A stretch of 64,000 nucleotides of DNA from Guillardia theta CCMP2712 (GCF_000315625.1 NW_005434652.1:152348-216347), one strand, 5' to 3'; counted from the stretch's first letter, positions 26,333 to 38,748 are shown. Numbers and translations: made by a program. The notes: generated by a model from the letters alone, not told the origin.

Positions 26333-28153
26333 CTAATCGCACGATGCAACTAGTCGGACTTGAGGGATGTCGACGTCTTTTAGCCCCCATCCCTCGTCGT
26401 TGTATCGGTGCCACTCTACCAGCTTCTCTCACATGCCGCAGACAACAATCTGCTCGCTCACCTAACGCTTCTTCCACGCGCTGATGGCGCTCCTCAAGCA
26501 CAACCTAGCATGCCTTCAATCCCCTCCTTCAGCCCTCTTTCTCCACATTCCTCCCCCCTCCTCCCTTTCCCTCCCATCCCCTCCTCCCCCTACATTCTCA
26601 GGCCTGTGATTGGCCTCCTCCTTTGCGTCCAGCAGTTGCTGTGTAATCCTTTCACGCCAAGCAGAAGCAGCAACAAGAGAGGCAAGAGGGGTCTCTTCGG
26701 GCTGATTGGACAGGCGCACACGTTGAGAGAGAAAGCAGAGAAAGGAAGGAGGAGAGGGGAGAAGGGGCGAAAGAGAAGTAGAAGAGAGAAGGAGAGGGGA
26801 GGGGACGGGAGGGAAGGTGAAGAGAAGGGAGAGGACGAGAAAGAGGAGGAGAACGTGGGCAAGGGGGAAGAAGGAGAGGAGGGGAAAAGGTATGGGCCAG
26901 AGGCATTAGGGTCTAGGAGGACTCGCCTGCGCAAGGCTCTCGTAGGCTTGCAGGCTGATCATACTCCCCTTGGTGTTGTATGAACGAGGATGAGGCTGAT
27001 GGAAGATGACGCAGGGGCCCGAGAAGAGGAGCTGGCAACCAAAAGCTCACTCCTCTTTCTCCTTCTCCTTCTCCCTTATCCTCTCGCTCCTTCTACTCTC
27101 ATGTTCCTTTCACTCCTGCTGCTCCTCTGACTCCTGCTTCTCCTGCTCCTCTTTATCCGATTTTCCTCTTGCCTCTCAGTTTGTCACACCTGCCCGAAGC
27201 CATGAGCCGCGGCTGCATGGATAGCGGTGCCATCGATCATGATGTTGGTCGGGATTTCAGGATATCCTCTAATCTTATGCACCTGCTCTCCATTGTCAGA
27301 AACTTCTCCTCCTCCTCCTCCTCCTCCTTCTCCTCCTCCTCCTTCTCGCTCCTCACTGCTCCCAGCCTTCGCTCAACTATTTTCCCAACTCCATAGTCCT
27401 CGTCCTCTCCTCGTCCTCCCTTCTTCACAGTCTCTTTCGTCGCACCATCGTTCGGGGCATGAGGAGAAAATCTCCTGCCGCAGAGTCGTGGAAGAAGCCG
27501 TAGAGCTCAGACCTCATCGGCTCCTCGTCATTTTCATCCTATTGCGATGTGAGACAGTGATGGTGATGGTGATGGTGATGGTGGTAGGGGTGGTGGTGGT
27601 GATGATGAGGAGGAGGAGGATGGTGATGGTGATGGTGATAGTGATGATAGTTGAGAGGATGGGTGACCGGCAAGCAGGCAGCTTTCCTCCATCTCCCGGC
27701 AACATGAGCGACGCTGAGAGGATGAAACTCGGAAGACTCTGAGTTGGTCTCGACGAATCTTCTCATGGAAGCAGCCGATGCCCGCTCTGATAATCGTCGT
27801 CGTCATCATCCTCATCCTCATCCTCATCCTCATCCTCATCCTCCTCGTTGTCATTGTCATCGTCATCATCCTGACCACCACCGCTGCCGCCGTCGCCACC
27901 GCCATCACCACATCACCATCACCATCACCATCACATCATTTCCATCTTCTTCCTCTTACCATTCACCGGCACATGATGCATAACAAAACCCCTGAATGTT
28001 CCGTAGAAGACATCTTCGCGAAGTTTCTTGTCGAATGCATCAGGAAATGGAAATGAAGGGCAGTGGGAGAAAGGAAATGCAGAAAGTGAGGAGGAGGGAA
28101 GAAGTAGGAGGACGAGAGAAAGATAGAAATGGGGGGGGGGGGGGGGGGGAGAG

Positions 28154-28233
<80 letters not shown>

Positions 28234-29890
28234 AAAGGTAAGAGTAGGGAGCAGGGAGGAAAGCAGGGAGAGGGAGCAGAAGATGGAGATGGAAACTATG
28301 TATTACCTTCCTTGCGATCTGGTTAACAATGGCATGACTCCAGACATCGTCCGGGTTAGCAAACAACAAGAATTTCCCCCTCGCTCGCCTGCAACATGGT
28401 TATTTTTTGCATCATGTCGAAATGTCACCGAGGAGAAAAACACCTTGCAGCTACGTTCTTTCCGATGAACTCCATAAGATCGAAATCATAAGGGTTGTAG
28501 AGGGAATCGTGAACCTGCATTGGAGTACTCATCATGTCAAAACATCTTCAGAATTCTAGCTCAAACCTCCTCAGAAACAAAAAGAATCCTTATGACAAGT
28601 TTTGTCTGTTAACAATTCAGGGGCAACCCAAAACAGTATTCTCTCATCTTAACCTGACGAGCCTCCACAAGGTCTTTCACCATTTCCTCAACACTGAGAT
28701 ATCTGCAGCGAACATGATTAAAAGTGCAACAGAAGATGAAAGATTGCATTTTACCTCTCTCCTCTATCATCACAAGCACCTTCCTCTTTCTTGCTGTTTA
28801 CATAGCAAGGGTTCCACTCAACCAGGATGAGCTGGAATGGTGCACGTAGTCATGGCGGAATACAAGAGGATAGGAGGAGGTAGGAGCTCACTTCGGCATC
28901 GTCATCTAGATTTGTCTCTTTTAGCAAGGACACAAGGACAGAGATAGAAGCTCGAAATCGATCCAGACAAGCATCTTTAGGGACCTGGAAAAGAAGCGAA
29001 AAGACATACGAGAAGTGAAGTGAAAGAAGAAGAATGTGTGAAGAACAGCACAGCAGCGACAATGATAACGTGGGCACCTGACAAAACTGTGTGTTGTCAT
29101 GACGTGTGACCATGATGACGCTGAGATACATGCTTGAGGTGTTGACGATTTTTGAAATCTCGACGTCCTCGATCGACTGTCTTGAAGGGCAGGATTCGTC
29201 AGCTCCAGCTTCGCAGGTCCCGAGTGATCTCCATGTGCAGCTCCTGCGGTCTCGTTCCTGCAAGGCCAAGAGCTCAACCTCTCTGACCCTCGACTGCAGC
29301 TGCGTGACGCCATGCTCGACCACGAGGCCGTAGCGGCTACCAGCAGCCTCAAAATCACCTTCAGCCTCCATCAACCGTGCCAGGTGAAAGTTTGCCGCGT
29401 CATTGTCAGGCCAGAGGGAGAGGAAGTGGAACAGACAGTGTCTCATTTCCTCCCACTTGGAGGATCCGAAGCCTGCACGCGCTTGGAGAGCTTCTGCACG
29501 CTGAATGCCCATGGCTTCACAGGTAATGTTGTTCAACCCGCGATGCTCAACATTGGCGATCATCACGAAGATGCTCTCCTTGTACAGCTGCGTTCCCCTG
29601 CTGTCAAGACCTCTTATCTCGATCTTCACAATACCAGGCGACGAAATCCCTTCAGTCTGCAAGGAGATGGATGCTTCCTCTGTCCTCAGTGCCTCCACCC
29701 CTCCCACGACCACCACCTTAGTCACTCGCTCTGTCTCCCCTTCAGCCATGACGCGCGCATGCAGGGAGATGCCCTCTAATGGCGGCTCCATGAAAGAAGA
29801 TCCGTTCGATGGCGACAAGAACTCGACATGCTGGCAGCCAACAAGAGAAGAGGCGAGGGCGAAGATAAGAAACGCCAACAAGGCTTTCAT
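26333..29890 (-). CDS. Secretory-pathway GT-A-fold glycosyltransferase-like protein (GT2-like) with N-terminal Ig/TPR-like region, multi-exon
   Basis: Signal peptide MKALLAFLIFALASSLVGC. Spliced motifs SVIMVTRHD, VEWNP, MEFIGKNVAARRARGKFLLFANPDDVW, SAAGDFLLM, GYPE, IFHQPH, and C-terminal YNDEGWGL...ASCD*. Confidence 0.7.
28160..28230. repeat. (GA)n microsatellite preceded by a poly-G run (intronic)
   Basis: Direct observation. Confidence 0.95.
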
Positions 29891-30114
29891 GGCGGCCGTC
29901 GTTAACGATGTGTCAAGGATCCTTCCTGATGCGAACAGAGGAGAGATGGAAGAAGCTGCAGCTGCAGCTCGATCACCTGCCTCTTCCACGTTCGTTAGCA
30001 CGACGAAGCTCCTATGTCGGCCAAAAACCCTGCTGCCATTTTTTGCCGCCCCGCCTGCGCAAACTTTTTTTACTCAACAGAACTGTGGGGGGCGAGCTAC
30101 CCGGGGCGACAGCA

Positions 30115-31342
30115 ATGCTGCCGCTGCTGGTTACGCTAATGGCCGCAGAAGGGGCGATGGGAGGAGGAGGAGGGAGAGAACTGAAAGCAGGAGCATGTTT
30201 CTTGTCCTTTCATCCCCTTGCACAGTCACGCCGGTGCTCAGTTTCAAGATGCATAAGGAACCGCCAAGCAGCGGTCTCTATGAAGGAGGACGGTAGCGCG
30301 AGCTCGATTTTCTCTGATCTCCTCTTCTCCATCACTCCTCCCACCATGCTGATGTCTTGCTTTGTCGATGACTTCGTTGCCTCACGCAGACGAGGACTTC
30401 TTCTCTCAGTTCAAAGACTACAAGGTTGCAAAGATACAGTATGGGGTCGAACTGAAAGTTTCTCAGCAGGGGCCAGGAGGCGAAAGCTTCTCCCTAGGGA
30501 GGCCCAAAGGCAGTCCCGCCAACTTCTTCACGTCGTTAGGCCGACCGCAGCCGCCACCTGACTTGGACAAGAGCGAGATGACTGAGGTGATTTGTGCGGG
30601 AACGTCACCAGAGGCACTGAGGAGTTGGGACAGGAACTGAAGCAGAGGGTCCTGCGGGTGATGTATGACGCATTTGACAATTACGCTCCTCAAGAGGTCT
30701 CTGCCTGTTCCTGATCATAGAGAAGCTGCGAGTAGGTGTGATGAGGACGTTCAGGTGGAGAGGTTGTTGGATCTGCTGTGGAAGAACGGGCCGGATTGCG
30801 GGCCTGACGGGAATTCGTTGAGATACTTGGTACGCGAACTGACAACAGTGTGAGGACTGAGCTCGAGCAATCATCAAGTAGATGGAGAGGAGACGTAGAA
30901 GGAACTGGAGCCATCATGGATAGAGAATTGTCAAGATTGGGGAGAGTGCCGAGGGGGCAAAGACAAATGGAATTCATCGATACATTGAGTTTTGCTTGCA
31001 TTGACGTGAGATGACAGGTCGGTCTAACTAGTGAGGTGGAGAATCTAGCTGTGGAATTCCAGTCAAGATCAAGTTGTAACCACCATCACTCTCATTCCTC
31101 CTGGCTCCCACATCTCTCCTTCAAATCCAACCTCGCAATGCTCAGACAATTTTTTCTTGCTTGCAACCTTTCTGACCTTCGTCATCGTCTCCCAGCACGT
31201 TCAAGAGAAGATATGTGGGACTCTCTCAGAGTGGCAAGGTTGTACTCCATGCAGATCATCTTCAGATCTCACAGCTTGCAGGTCACGAGTGCGCATGTAC
31301 GGCAAGGATGCTGAGATGTACGACCCGAACAGGTCATTCTGA
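30115..31342 (+). CDS. Hypothetical, probably plastid-targeted protein, multi-exon
   Basis: N-terminus MLPLLVTLMAAEGA...AGACFLSF followed by an R/S-rich transit-like segment; exons DEDFFSQFKDYK..., DLLWKNGPDCGPDG. Confidence 0.45.
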
Positions 31343-31470
31343 CACTCTTTCAACCCACCTTGCCCACCTCATGGTTGAATTGCAGCTTGATGGGCTTCTT
31401 GAAACAGCTCAACGATGGGATATGACGATATGATAGTCTTTAATCGGCTGGCTAGCTATGAAAGGTGCTC

Positions 31471-32388
31471 TCAAAAAATGTCAAGCATGAAAGGAACTGG
31501 TTTCTTAGTTGGCACCTTCTCCCAAGTCCTGTCGAGATACCGATCGCGTCCACAAAGATAGCGATAGAACTTGTACTTCTTGTCATTCTTCAGATAGTAG
31601 TCCTGATGATAATCCTCTGCCGGCCAAAACTTGTCATATTTCACAGACTCGACCACAATTGGAGCCCCAAACTTGTTTGAAGCCTCCCACTGCTTCTTTG
31701 AAGCTTCGAAAGATTGTTTCTGTTGCTCGTCGTGGTAGAAGACAATGGTTCGATATTGCTTCCCCGAGTCGCAGAACTGACGATCCTTAGTCGTGGGGTC
31801 GATGTTATGCCAGAAAGTGTCCAACAGTCTGTCGTAACTGACTTTCTTGGGATCGTACAAGACTTGCATGCTCTCGGCATGGTGAGTGAGGCCGAGTGAG
31901 ACCTGATTGTAGTTAGGATAAGCCTCATCTCCTCCACAGTATCCCGAGGTTGTAGAGATCACTCCTTCGATGGCGTCGAACGGCGGCTCCATGCACCAGA
32001 AGCAGCCTCCCGAGAACGTAGCCACCTCGAGCCCTGGTGGGATTTGTTTCGAGAGAAAGTCTCGTTGGAACTCATCGTATCCTTCTAACCCTGCCGGGCG
32101 AATGACCTTTGCTTGTGAGGATCTAGGGAGAGTTGAGACAGCAACAGCAGCGGCACCTTGAAGGAAGGATCGAAGAACCTCCCTCCTTCTGTTGCTGCTG
32201 CCACTGTGTTCCTCCCCCTGCATCATGATCCCTCCTCTGCAACTGAGCTGTCTGCGGCATGTCCTGCTGGCAACCATCTCTTGTGATTGATGTAGAGAAG
32301 CTGCATGGTGGAAGCAAACTCCATGCGGTGCCATCATGGCAGTCACTATCGCCACAGACACAACACGCCTCGACCATGTCGCTAGCAT
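31471..32388 (-). CDS. msrA: Peptide methionine sulfoxide reductase A with tripartite targeting presequence, intronless
   Basis: GGCFWCME catalytic motif; SGYCGG...PNY.QV..G.THHAE; FWHNIDPT...QFCD.G.QYR; PAEDYHQDYY. Confidence 0.95.
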   Translation of the reverse strand: MLATWSRRVVSVAIVTAMMAPHGVCFHHAASLHQSQEMVASRTCRRQLSCRGGIMMQGEEHSGSSNRRREVLRSFLQGAAAVAVSTLPRSSQAKVIRPAGLEGYDEFQRDFLSKQIPPGLEVATFSGGCFWCMEPPFDAIEGVISTTSGYCGGDEAYPNYNQVSLGLTHHAESMQVLYDPKKVSYDRLLDTFWHNIDPTTKDRQFCDSGKQYRTIVFYHDEQQKQSFEASKKQWEASNKFGAPIVVESVKYDKFWPAEDYHQDYYLKNDKKYKFYRYLCGRDRYLDRTWEKVPTKKPVPFMLDIF

Positions 32389-32538
32389 AGTCTTTTAAGT
32401 TGAGTAATCATGTTAACTCAACTCTGTCGGTGTTATATGGACCCCCGGGCCGGCCGGGCCAAGTCCCGAGAAAGTGACGTGCCGGCCAAGAACCATTTGT
32501 GCGTGCACAAGGTTACGAGCCCTCCTCGTTTCGGGAGC

Positions 32539-34030
32539 ATGGCGGACGCCGGACCGCCAAGCGGAGACGACGAGGAAGTGAAGGCGAAGACGGTCGAGAG
32601 CGCCAGGACAGAAGAAGAGGTGAAGGAGCAGGACAGCGTCAGCACAAGGGGCGAGGTCAAAGAGCAGGGGTCAGAGAAGAGGCTGCGGAGTGAGGACGAA
32701 GGGGAGGCAAGGCATGAGGAGTGCGGCGAGCGGGTAAGTTTTTCGGTTCTCTTGCGATCCAGCTCACGTTGTAGCAGGCAGCGAAGAAGGCGATGGTACC
32801 ACCCGTGAAGAATCAGTACCTACAAGAGCTTCTTGATGAACAGACCAAGCTTCAGCCCTTTGCGATCTCTCTGCCGCATTGTGCTAGACTCCTGCAGGTG
32901 TAGAACTTGGGTCGAAGGCTGTGTGAGAGGTTCTTACCATTTTTCTTGTGGTTTTCAAGATTGAGATCGACAAGCTGCAAGGCCAGAACTCTTCAGGAAA
33001 GGACACCTCAGCAAGCGAAACTCCCAACTCGTCATCTTACACCAACGGGCTACCCGCCACTCCACATGCAGCCGAGGTCAAGAAAACGTCTTCCCGGCTA
33101 CCTCCTGTTTATGACAACGGGTGTGGAGGAATACTGACAGGAAATATAGTCTCTGAGCAAGAAGTTCCCGGGGGGCTGCTGAAGTCGATCTTGAAAGTTG
33201 TTGTGCCTGTGGAGAAATTTCCTGGTTATAACTTCGTCGGCCGGCTCCTCGGGCCGCGAGGCAACACCTTGAAGGAGCTGCAGAAGGAGAGCGGATGCAA
33301 GCTGCTGATACGAGGGAAGGGATCTGTGAAGTTCAGAGACGGGGAGAGCGAGCATCAAATGCAGGAGATTCATCCTCATTTGCGGGAGCCCCTTCATGTG
33401 CTCATAGACTATGAAGGGTATGCGGTGAAACGGGACCCCACGTTCTACCGAGTGCTAGAGCTGCTCTCTCCACTCCTCACTCCACCGAGATCCGACGCAG
33501 ACGATCTTGTAAGAATCGCTCTCTGCTTGACCTCACTCCCCTTCCCTTGAGCCCCCCACCTCATGACTCCTTGTGCAGATAAAACAGGAGCAGCTCCGTC
33601 AACTGGCGCTGCTGAACGGATCTTACTTCAAGGACCCCTCCCACGAGGATGCGGAGCCTTATCACACGAACCAGGTTCGCAGTCTCTCTCCCTCCTCCTC
33701 GCGCTCTCACGTTGCCGACTTTAGGGACAGTTCCATGGAGGAGGAGGATCCAGCTCTGGCAACTTCAACTTCTCGACAGTGTATCGCTCTCCAGGGCGTT
33801 TTGAAGGATCTTTTTCGAGCGGGAACAATTTTCAAGCGAGGAGCGGCAATTTCTCAGGGGGCTATCAGGGCGACGAAAGGAATGTTTTTCGACAGGGGAG
33901 CGGAGGAAATTTTCAGCAAGGGGGGATTTATCCTCAGCAAAATGTGAACAATTATCAGGCATATCCAAGCTTTCAGACCAGTATGAATCAGCAGGGCTAC
34001 GACAACGTGTACGGAAGATACAACTCGTAG
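32539..34030 (+). CDS. STAR-family (QKI/SF1-like) KH-domain RNA-binding protein, multi-exon
   Basis: QUA1-like YLQELLDEQ...LPHCARLL; KH VPVEKFPGYNFVGRLLGPRGNTLK...IRGKGS; EPLHVLI; QUA2-like IKQEQLRQLALLNG. Confidence 0.9.
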
Positions 34031-34137
34031 ACGATGATTGCTTCTGATCGAAGTTGACAAGTATGGGCACCATACCGCATGAAATACATCTTAACGACTA
34101 ACTCGTTCTCCTCCCTTCTTCGATCATTGGAATCAGG

Positions 34138-34169
<32 letters not shown>

Positions 34170-34410
34170 CCCCTGCCCCCCCCCATTATTATCCTTCCCT
34201 CATTATTCTGGTCAGTGAAATCCGGGGGGTCGCAATGCAATCGGGGAGAAAAATTAATTTGGAGGGGAGGCGAGGGAGAGTAGCAGTGGAGGGCAGCAGG
34301 AGAGGGGGAAGGAGGGAGGGAGGGCAGGAGGATAACTACTCAAGTCAGAGCAGAGAAACGACTTTTCCCGATGCCATTGACACCTGCTCTAGATAGCTGA
34401 TCTGCCGTAA

Positions 34411-35159
34411 AATGCCGCCCTGCAGCGCTTTGCGTCGTACATGGAGGACGAGGAGATAAGGGCAGACTCCTCGGAGCGTCCTCCGTTTCACCTGCGCGTC
34501 TCTGATGGAAAATATTGCGACTCTCTCTTCAGCCTGTGCGACTTGCGGCTGAGGCCGGGGATCGGTCGATCCCGTAGGAACCAGGTTTGCCTGCTAGCAG
34601 ACGACCAGGTTGATCCTCCTCCTCCCCCTCCCCCTCCCTCTCCTCCTCCTCCTCCTCCTCCTCTTCCACTAGCACCTTCAGCAACACCATCAGCACCTCT
34701 CCCTTTCCCTCTCCCTCCCTCTCCCCCCTCCTCTTGATCAACATCAACCTCGCCGCCACCAGAGCTTGTCTTCCTCCTCCTCTCCTTCTGCTGCATTGAA
34801 GCCTTGTGTAGGTGAGCCGCTTCCATGCCTACTTTGAGAGGGACGAGCGCGGGTTCGTCATGCTCAAGGATGGGAGCTTTGAATCTGGTGACGGCTCAGC
34901 TGGCATGCTCGTGAGGTTGACTTGCTTTTCAGGAACCTGTTCGACCAACGGAACGTTTGTCAACAGCAACTGCGTCCGCATAGATCAGAACGGATATCGG
35001 CTGCACTTTGGAGATAGGATTACCATCGGATCTTCAGAGTTGATTGTTGGTAATCAGTGTAATCCTTAGTCTGCATCCCTCCTCACCCGCGCCCTTCCTG
35101 TTCAGAACGCGGAGCTCTGGAAACTTCCGTCAAGACTGAGCCGGAGCCGCAGGTAAGAA

Positions 35160-35232
<73 letters not shown>

Positions 35233-37300
35233 TGGATACAGATACAGATTCAAGGAGCGTGGAATAGAACTGACAATGAAAACCCATGGAAGCGGCGCAT
35301 GGAGCGGGTGAAAAGGAGGCTTCTTTAAAAACATGTTCATGAGTTTCTGTTTTCAATCAGGGGGATTTATCTACATCAAGAAGAAGATTTTTGAATGTGC
35401 AAGAGAAGATAGCATTTCTCATGGGTACACATGCAAGATTGGGAAGCAATTCGTTTGTACAAGTCCTTACTGAGACTGCCATGCTTTCTTTGATCTTAGA
35501 AAAGTGATGATAACTTAGAAACTGCTGTATGCTCACTGTTTTATCCTTCAGTTCCGCTCGGACAATCATAAGACGTCCAGCTCCTCCTTTTCCAACAATC
35601 TCCAGCGAATTTTCTTCCAAGTTGTCGTCGACAGAAACGAATATCGACGTCTCAGCAAGGTGCTTCCCAGGCAAGAGCATAGTCACCGCCTTTCCTTCCC
35701 ACGTGTATTCAAGTCTTTAAGCAGGAGGCAAGACTCTTGAAGAGTTCATGAACGATGGATTGCACTGGGATCTTCCTGGCGTGTACGGCAGCAGAGGGGG
35801 GAAAGTTTGTGTTGGGTTCAAGTGCGTCAATCTCCGTCACTTCTGTTCTTTCATGTTGCTCTAACTCAAGGCGGCAGGGTGAAGCGAATTTCACGCATTT
35901 ACAACAACTCATTGTGGAGGCCGTACCAATGGCGAAAGCAGTGTATATCAGAGTGAGTGTCAGATTGTTCGGAGTACAGAGGTTGATTGTTTCTAAAGAT
36001 TCCTGCCGGACATGCAATCGATGGCTTCATCGGAGTACATCACGAGGATGAACTTTGCCCGTGCGTTATGTCTTATAACCGAGTCTTGCATCAAGTTTGA
36101 ACTTCCTCATCAGAACTCTTGGATCCTTCCTGTAATGAAGTGTACGCGTTTCATGGTCAGGTAGATTCCAGAAGTCTCCTCCCTCTTCTTCTCTTACACT
36201 TCACAGGACCAAGCGAGCATCGAGATGGCGAAAGACGCGGGGCTGAGCCAGGTTTCATTCCTTTCTTGCTCCATTGGGAGGAGTCGGAAACAACTTGTGA
36301 ATTTGAACTCATTTAGAGAACTGATCATTCTCCCTCCTCCCTCCTCCCTCCTCCCTCCTCCCTCCTCCCTAGAATGTTTTGTCGCAATCATTGATGAGGA
36401 ATTGGACAGGAATTGAGATTTTGCCCGAAGCATTTTGGAGGAGGTATTTACCTCTCCCCTTCTGCATTCTGCGCGAACATGGCGATCCCGTAAACTTGCT
36501 GTAAAGTCTGAGATCTCGCTGAGATGATTTCAAGTTGTCCTTCCTGCCACCAAGGGTGCATCGGTCTGGATGTGTGCAGATGCAAGAGTGTGCACGTCGA
36601 CAAAGGCCGATCGGAGGAGCACGTGATGATGCTTGCAAGAGTGGTGATGACAGCGAATCGCATCTCATGCACCTCTCAAGCTTCTTTCTCGCTCTGTCCC
36701 TTCCAGCACGCTTCTGTTAACTTCTAATACTGCGTGTTTGCAAAGGTTCTGGGAGACGCTCATGTTGCAATCAACTATGACGAGGACGAGTATCGAGGCC
36801 TTCACCTGCTTCTCGAACTTGTCGAACCCTGACATATCCTTTCAGGTCCAATCTACAGGCCAAGAAGAAGCCCTCCTTTCAGCCAGCAGGTCTCACTGTC
36901 TTAGTTCAATCATGCTGTTCTCAACTTGCGCTAGACTGGGTTCGCAAGCGATAGCATCATCTCGGAGAGCAGATCCTGCGGAGGAAGGTGACATGGTCAT
37001 ACCTTGAGCATGCAACGGGCTGATATCTTCTCCCCCTGCCCCTGCCCCTCTCCCTGTCCCTGTCTGTCCCTGTCCCATATCATTCATGTCTCGCTCCTGC
37101 TTCCTCTTCTCTTTCCTCTCTTTTGCTCGTTTGTCTGCCTTTTCCTCTTTCCTTTCTTTCTCCCTCCTGCCTCTTCCTCTTCTTCAGTCATTTCCGCTAT
37201 CGTTCCATCGTCGTCTACGACAGATTTCAGTATTCCTGTGTAACAACTCAGGCTCAGTGAGCTGTAACGGTTTGACAACAGGTGTTACCCTGAGTATGCG
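34411..37300 (+). CDS. FHA-domain protein, multi-exon; C-terminal part uncharacterised
   Basis: FHA motifs IGRS, VSRFHA, STNGTFVN, LHFGDRITIG. The 3' extent is approximate. Confidence 0.6.
35161..35232. repeat. (GAT)n microsatellite (intronic)
   Basis: Direct observation, following the donor GTAAGA. Confidence 0.95.
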
Positions 37301-37852
37301 ATCTACTATGAGCGGAGATATGAGGAGAACGAGTATGTTGCTGCGAGAAAGTTTGATCTTTTCTCTTGATGACTTGCGACGTGTAGGCAACAGCACAATC
37401 AGCAGAAGGAGAAGCAGCAAGAGAAGGAGCAGCAGCGACGTACGTCTAGTTCATATCAAGCTTCTTGTCATTATTCTTTGCCATCCTGACCGTAACATCC
37501 AAACAAGTGAATCAACTGTCTTTGAACACATACTGAATACCAGGCACGGTGATGCTATTCAATATGATGTCCGACCCGGCACATGCCATCATGAGTAGCT
37601 GTAGCGGCCCGTGCGGCCCGGCCGGGCCGGGCAATCACTGCCGTTGAAATCACTACTGTCAACGGTTTGACTGCGTACCTGACAAGCCATGACTTGAGAG
37701 GGCGACTCCGAGGAAACTTGAGGAGCTCTTGTCAGCACGTCACGCCAGCCAATCATGACAGTTTCCCTTTTAAATGTTCCTGCACATCACTTGCTCACCC
37801 CTCCAGTCTGCTCCTGTTTCCCCTTGTAGCTCGCGAACCAACCAGCCTCGTG

Positions 37853-38245
37853 ATGGCGAGGACCTTCGCCATCACTATCTCTCATCTCTCCTTCTTCCAT
37901 CCTTCCCCGACACCCAGCAAGATCGTTTACCGCCCCCCCCTCCTCCGGCCTCGCCCTTCCCCTGACCAAACATCGAAGCCCGCCCAACGGTCTTCGCTGC
38001 CTCAAGATGCATGTCTCCGAAGCATCCTCGATGCTCGCCGGCTCGCTTCCAAGCCTCCAGCAATCAACACCAAGACCCTGGTCCGCAGCCACTCCTCCGA
38101 GGACGTCACGCGGGGTGCCATCATGCTCCTGAGCGGCAGCCTGGAGGACTGTACGGGGAGGCACACACACAATGGCGTAGGCGGGCCAGGGAGGAGGCAG
38201 GAGGAGGCAGGGGTATGTCGCGCGAGGTACTCTGACAAGAAGTAG
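37853..38245 (+). CDS. Small hypothetical protein A, copy 1 (DACLRSI..AR / LVRS.S..DVT family)
   Basis: ORF conserved in frame in the duplicate at ~39748, and paralogous to the convergent ORF B. Confidence 0.5.
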   Translation: MARTFAITISHLSFFHPSPTPSKIVYRPPLLRPRPSPDQTSKPAQRSSLPQDACLRSILDARRLASKPPAINTKTLVRSHSSEDVTRGAIMLLSGSLEDCTGRHTHNGVGGPGRRQEEAGVCRARYSDKK

Positions 38246-38535
38246 TAAACCCTCCGTCATTGGACCTTTGCCTCACTCACTCGCCATGTAAGCCTCTGCC
38301 GGCTGCGCTCGCAGCTGCCGAGGCGGATCTCAGCGTTGCCGTCTCCTGGCCCTGGCGAGGAGCTCCCTTGCTCTGCATGAGGAGTCGTGCCGCTGCGAGG
38401 GGTCGCATGGATCAGGTTTACTCAGTCATACCCTAGCTCTCACACCCATATCGCTATCACACTCGCCTCCTCTCTCCTTCCTGTCTGTCTTGCCCGCAGC
38501 CTCCCGTCGCTGTCCTCATGGTCCTGCCGCCTTGA

Positions 38536-38748
38536 TCACGCCTGCTCCTCCAGCAGTACCAGCGCACTGGCAGTCACGTCCGTCATCGACGAGCTCCGCA
38601 CGAGCCCTCTGATCTTTGTCTCCCGCTTGCTTGGACCGATCCCGCTGCCGCGCTCCCTCGCCTCCATGATACTCCGCAAGCAGGCGTCCTCCGCCACGGG
38701 AGAGGAGGGAGGCCGGGGCTCGGAAGAGACTGCGGATTGCTGGGCCAT
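38536..38748 (-). CDS. Small hypothetical protein B (70 aa), paralog of A, convergent
   Basis: MAQQSAV...EDACLRSIMEAR...GLVRSSSMTDVTASALVLL; preceded by the acceptor-like CCCCTGCAG. Confidence 0.5.
   Translation of the reverse strand: MAQQSAVSSEPRPPSSPVAEDACLRSIMEARERGSGIGPSKRETKIRGLVRSSSMTDVTASALVLLEEQA

Noticed and set aside
26380-26470. ADCCLRHVREA as a third member of the DACLRSI family
   Set aside because: It falls inside an intron (donor GTGAGC) of the glycosyltransferase and lacks the second motif block.
27190-27270. GTAIHAAAAHG as an ankyrin repeat
   Set aside because: Single occurrence that fits in frame within the glycosyltransferase GYPE...D...IFHQ.H region.
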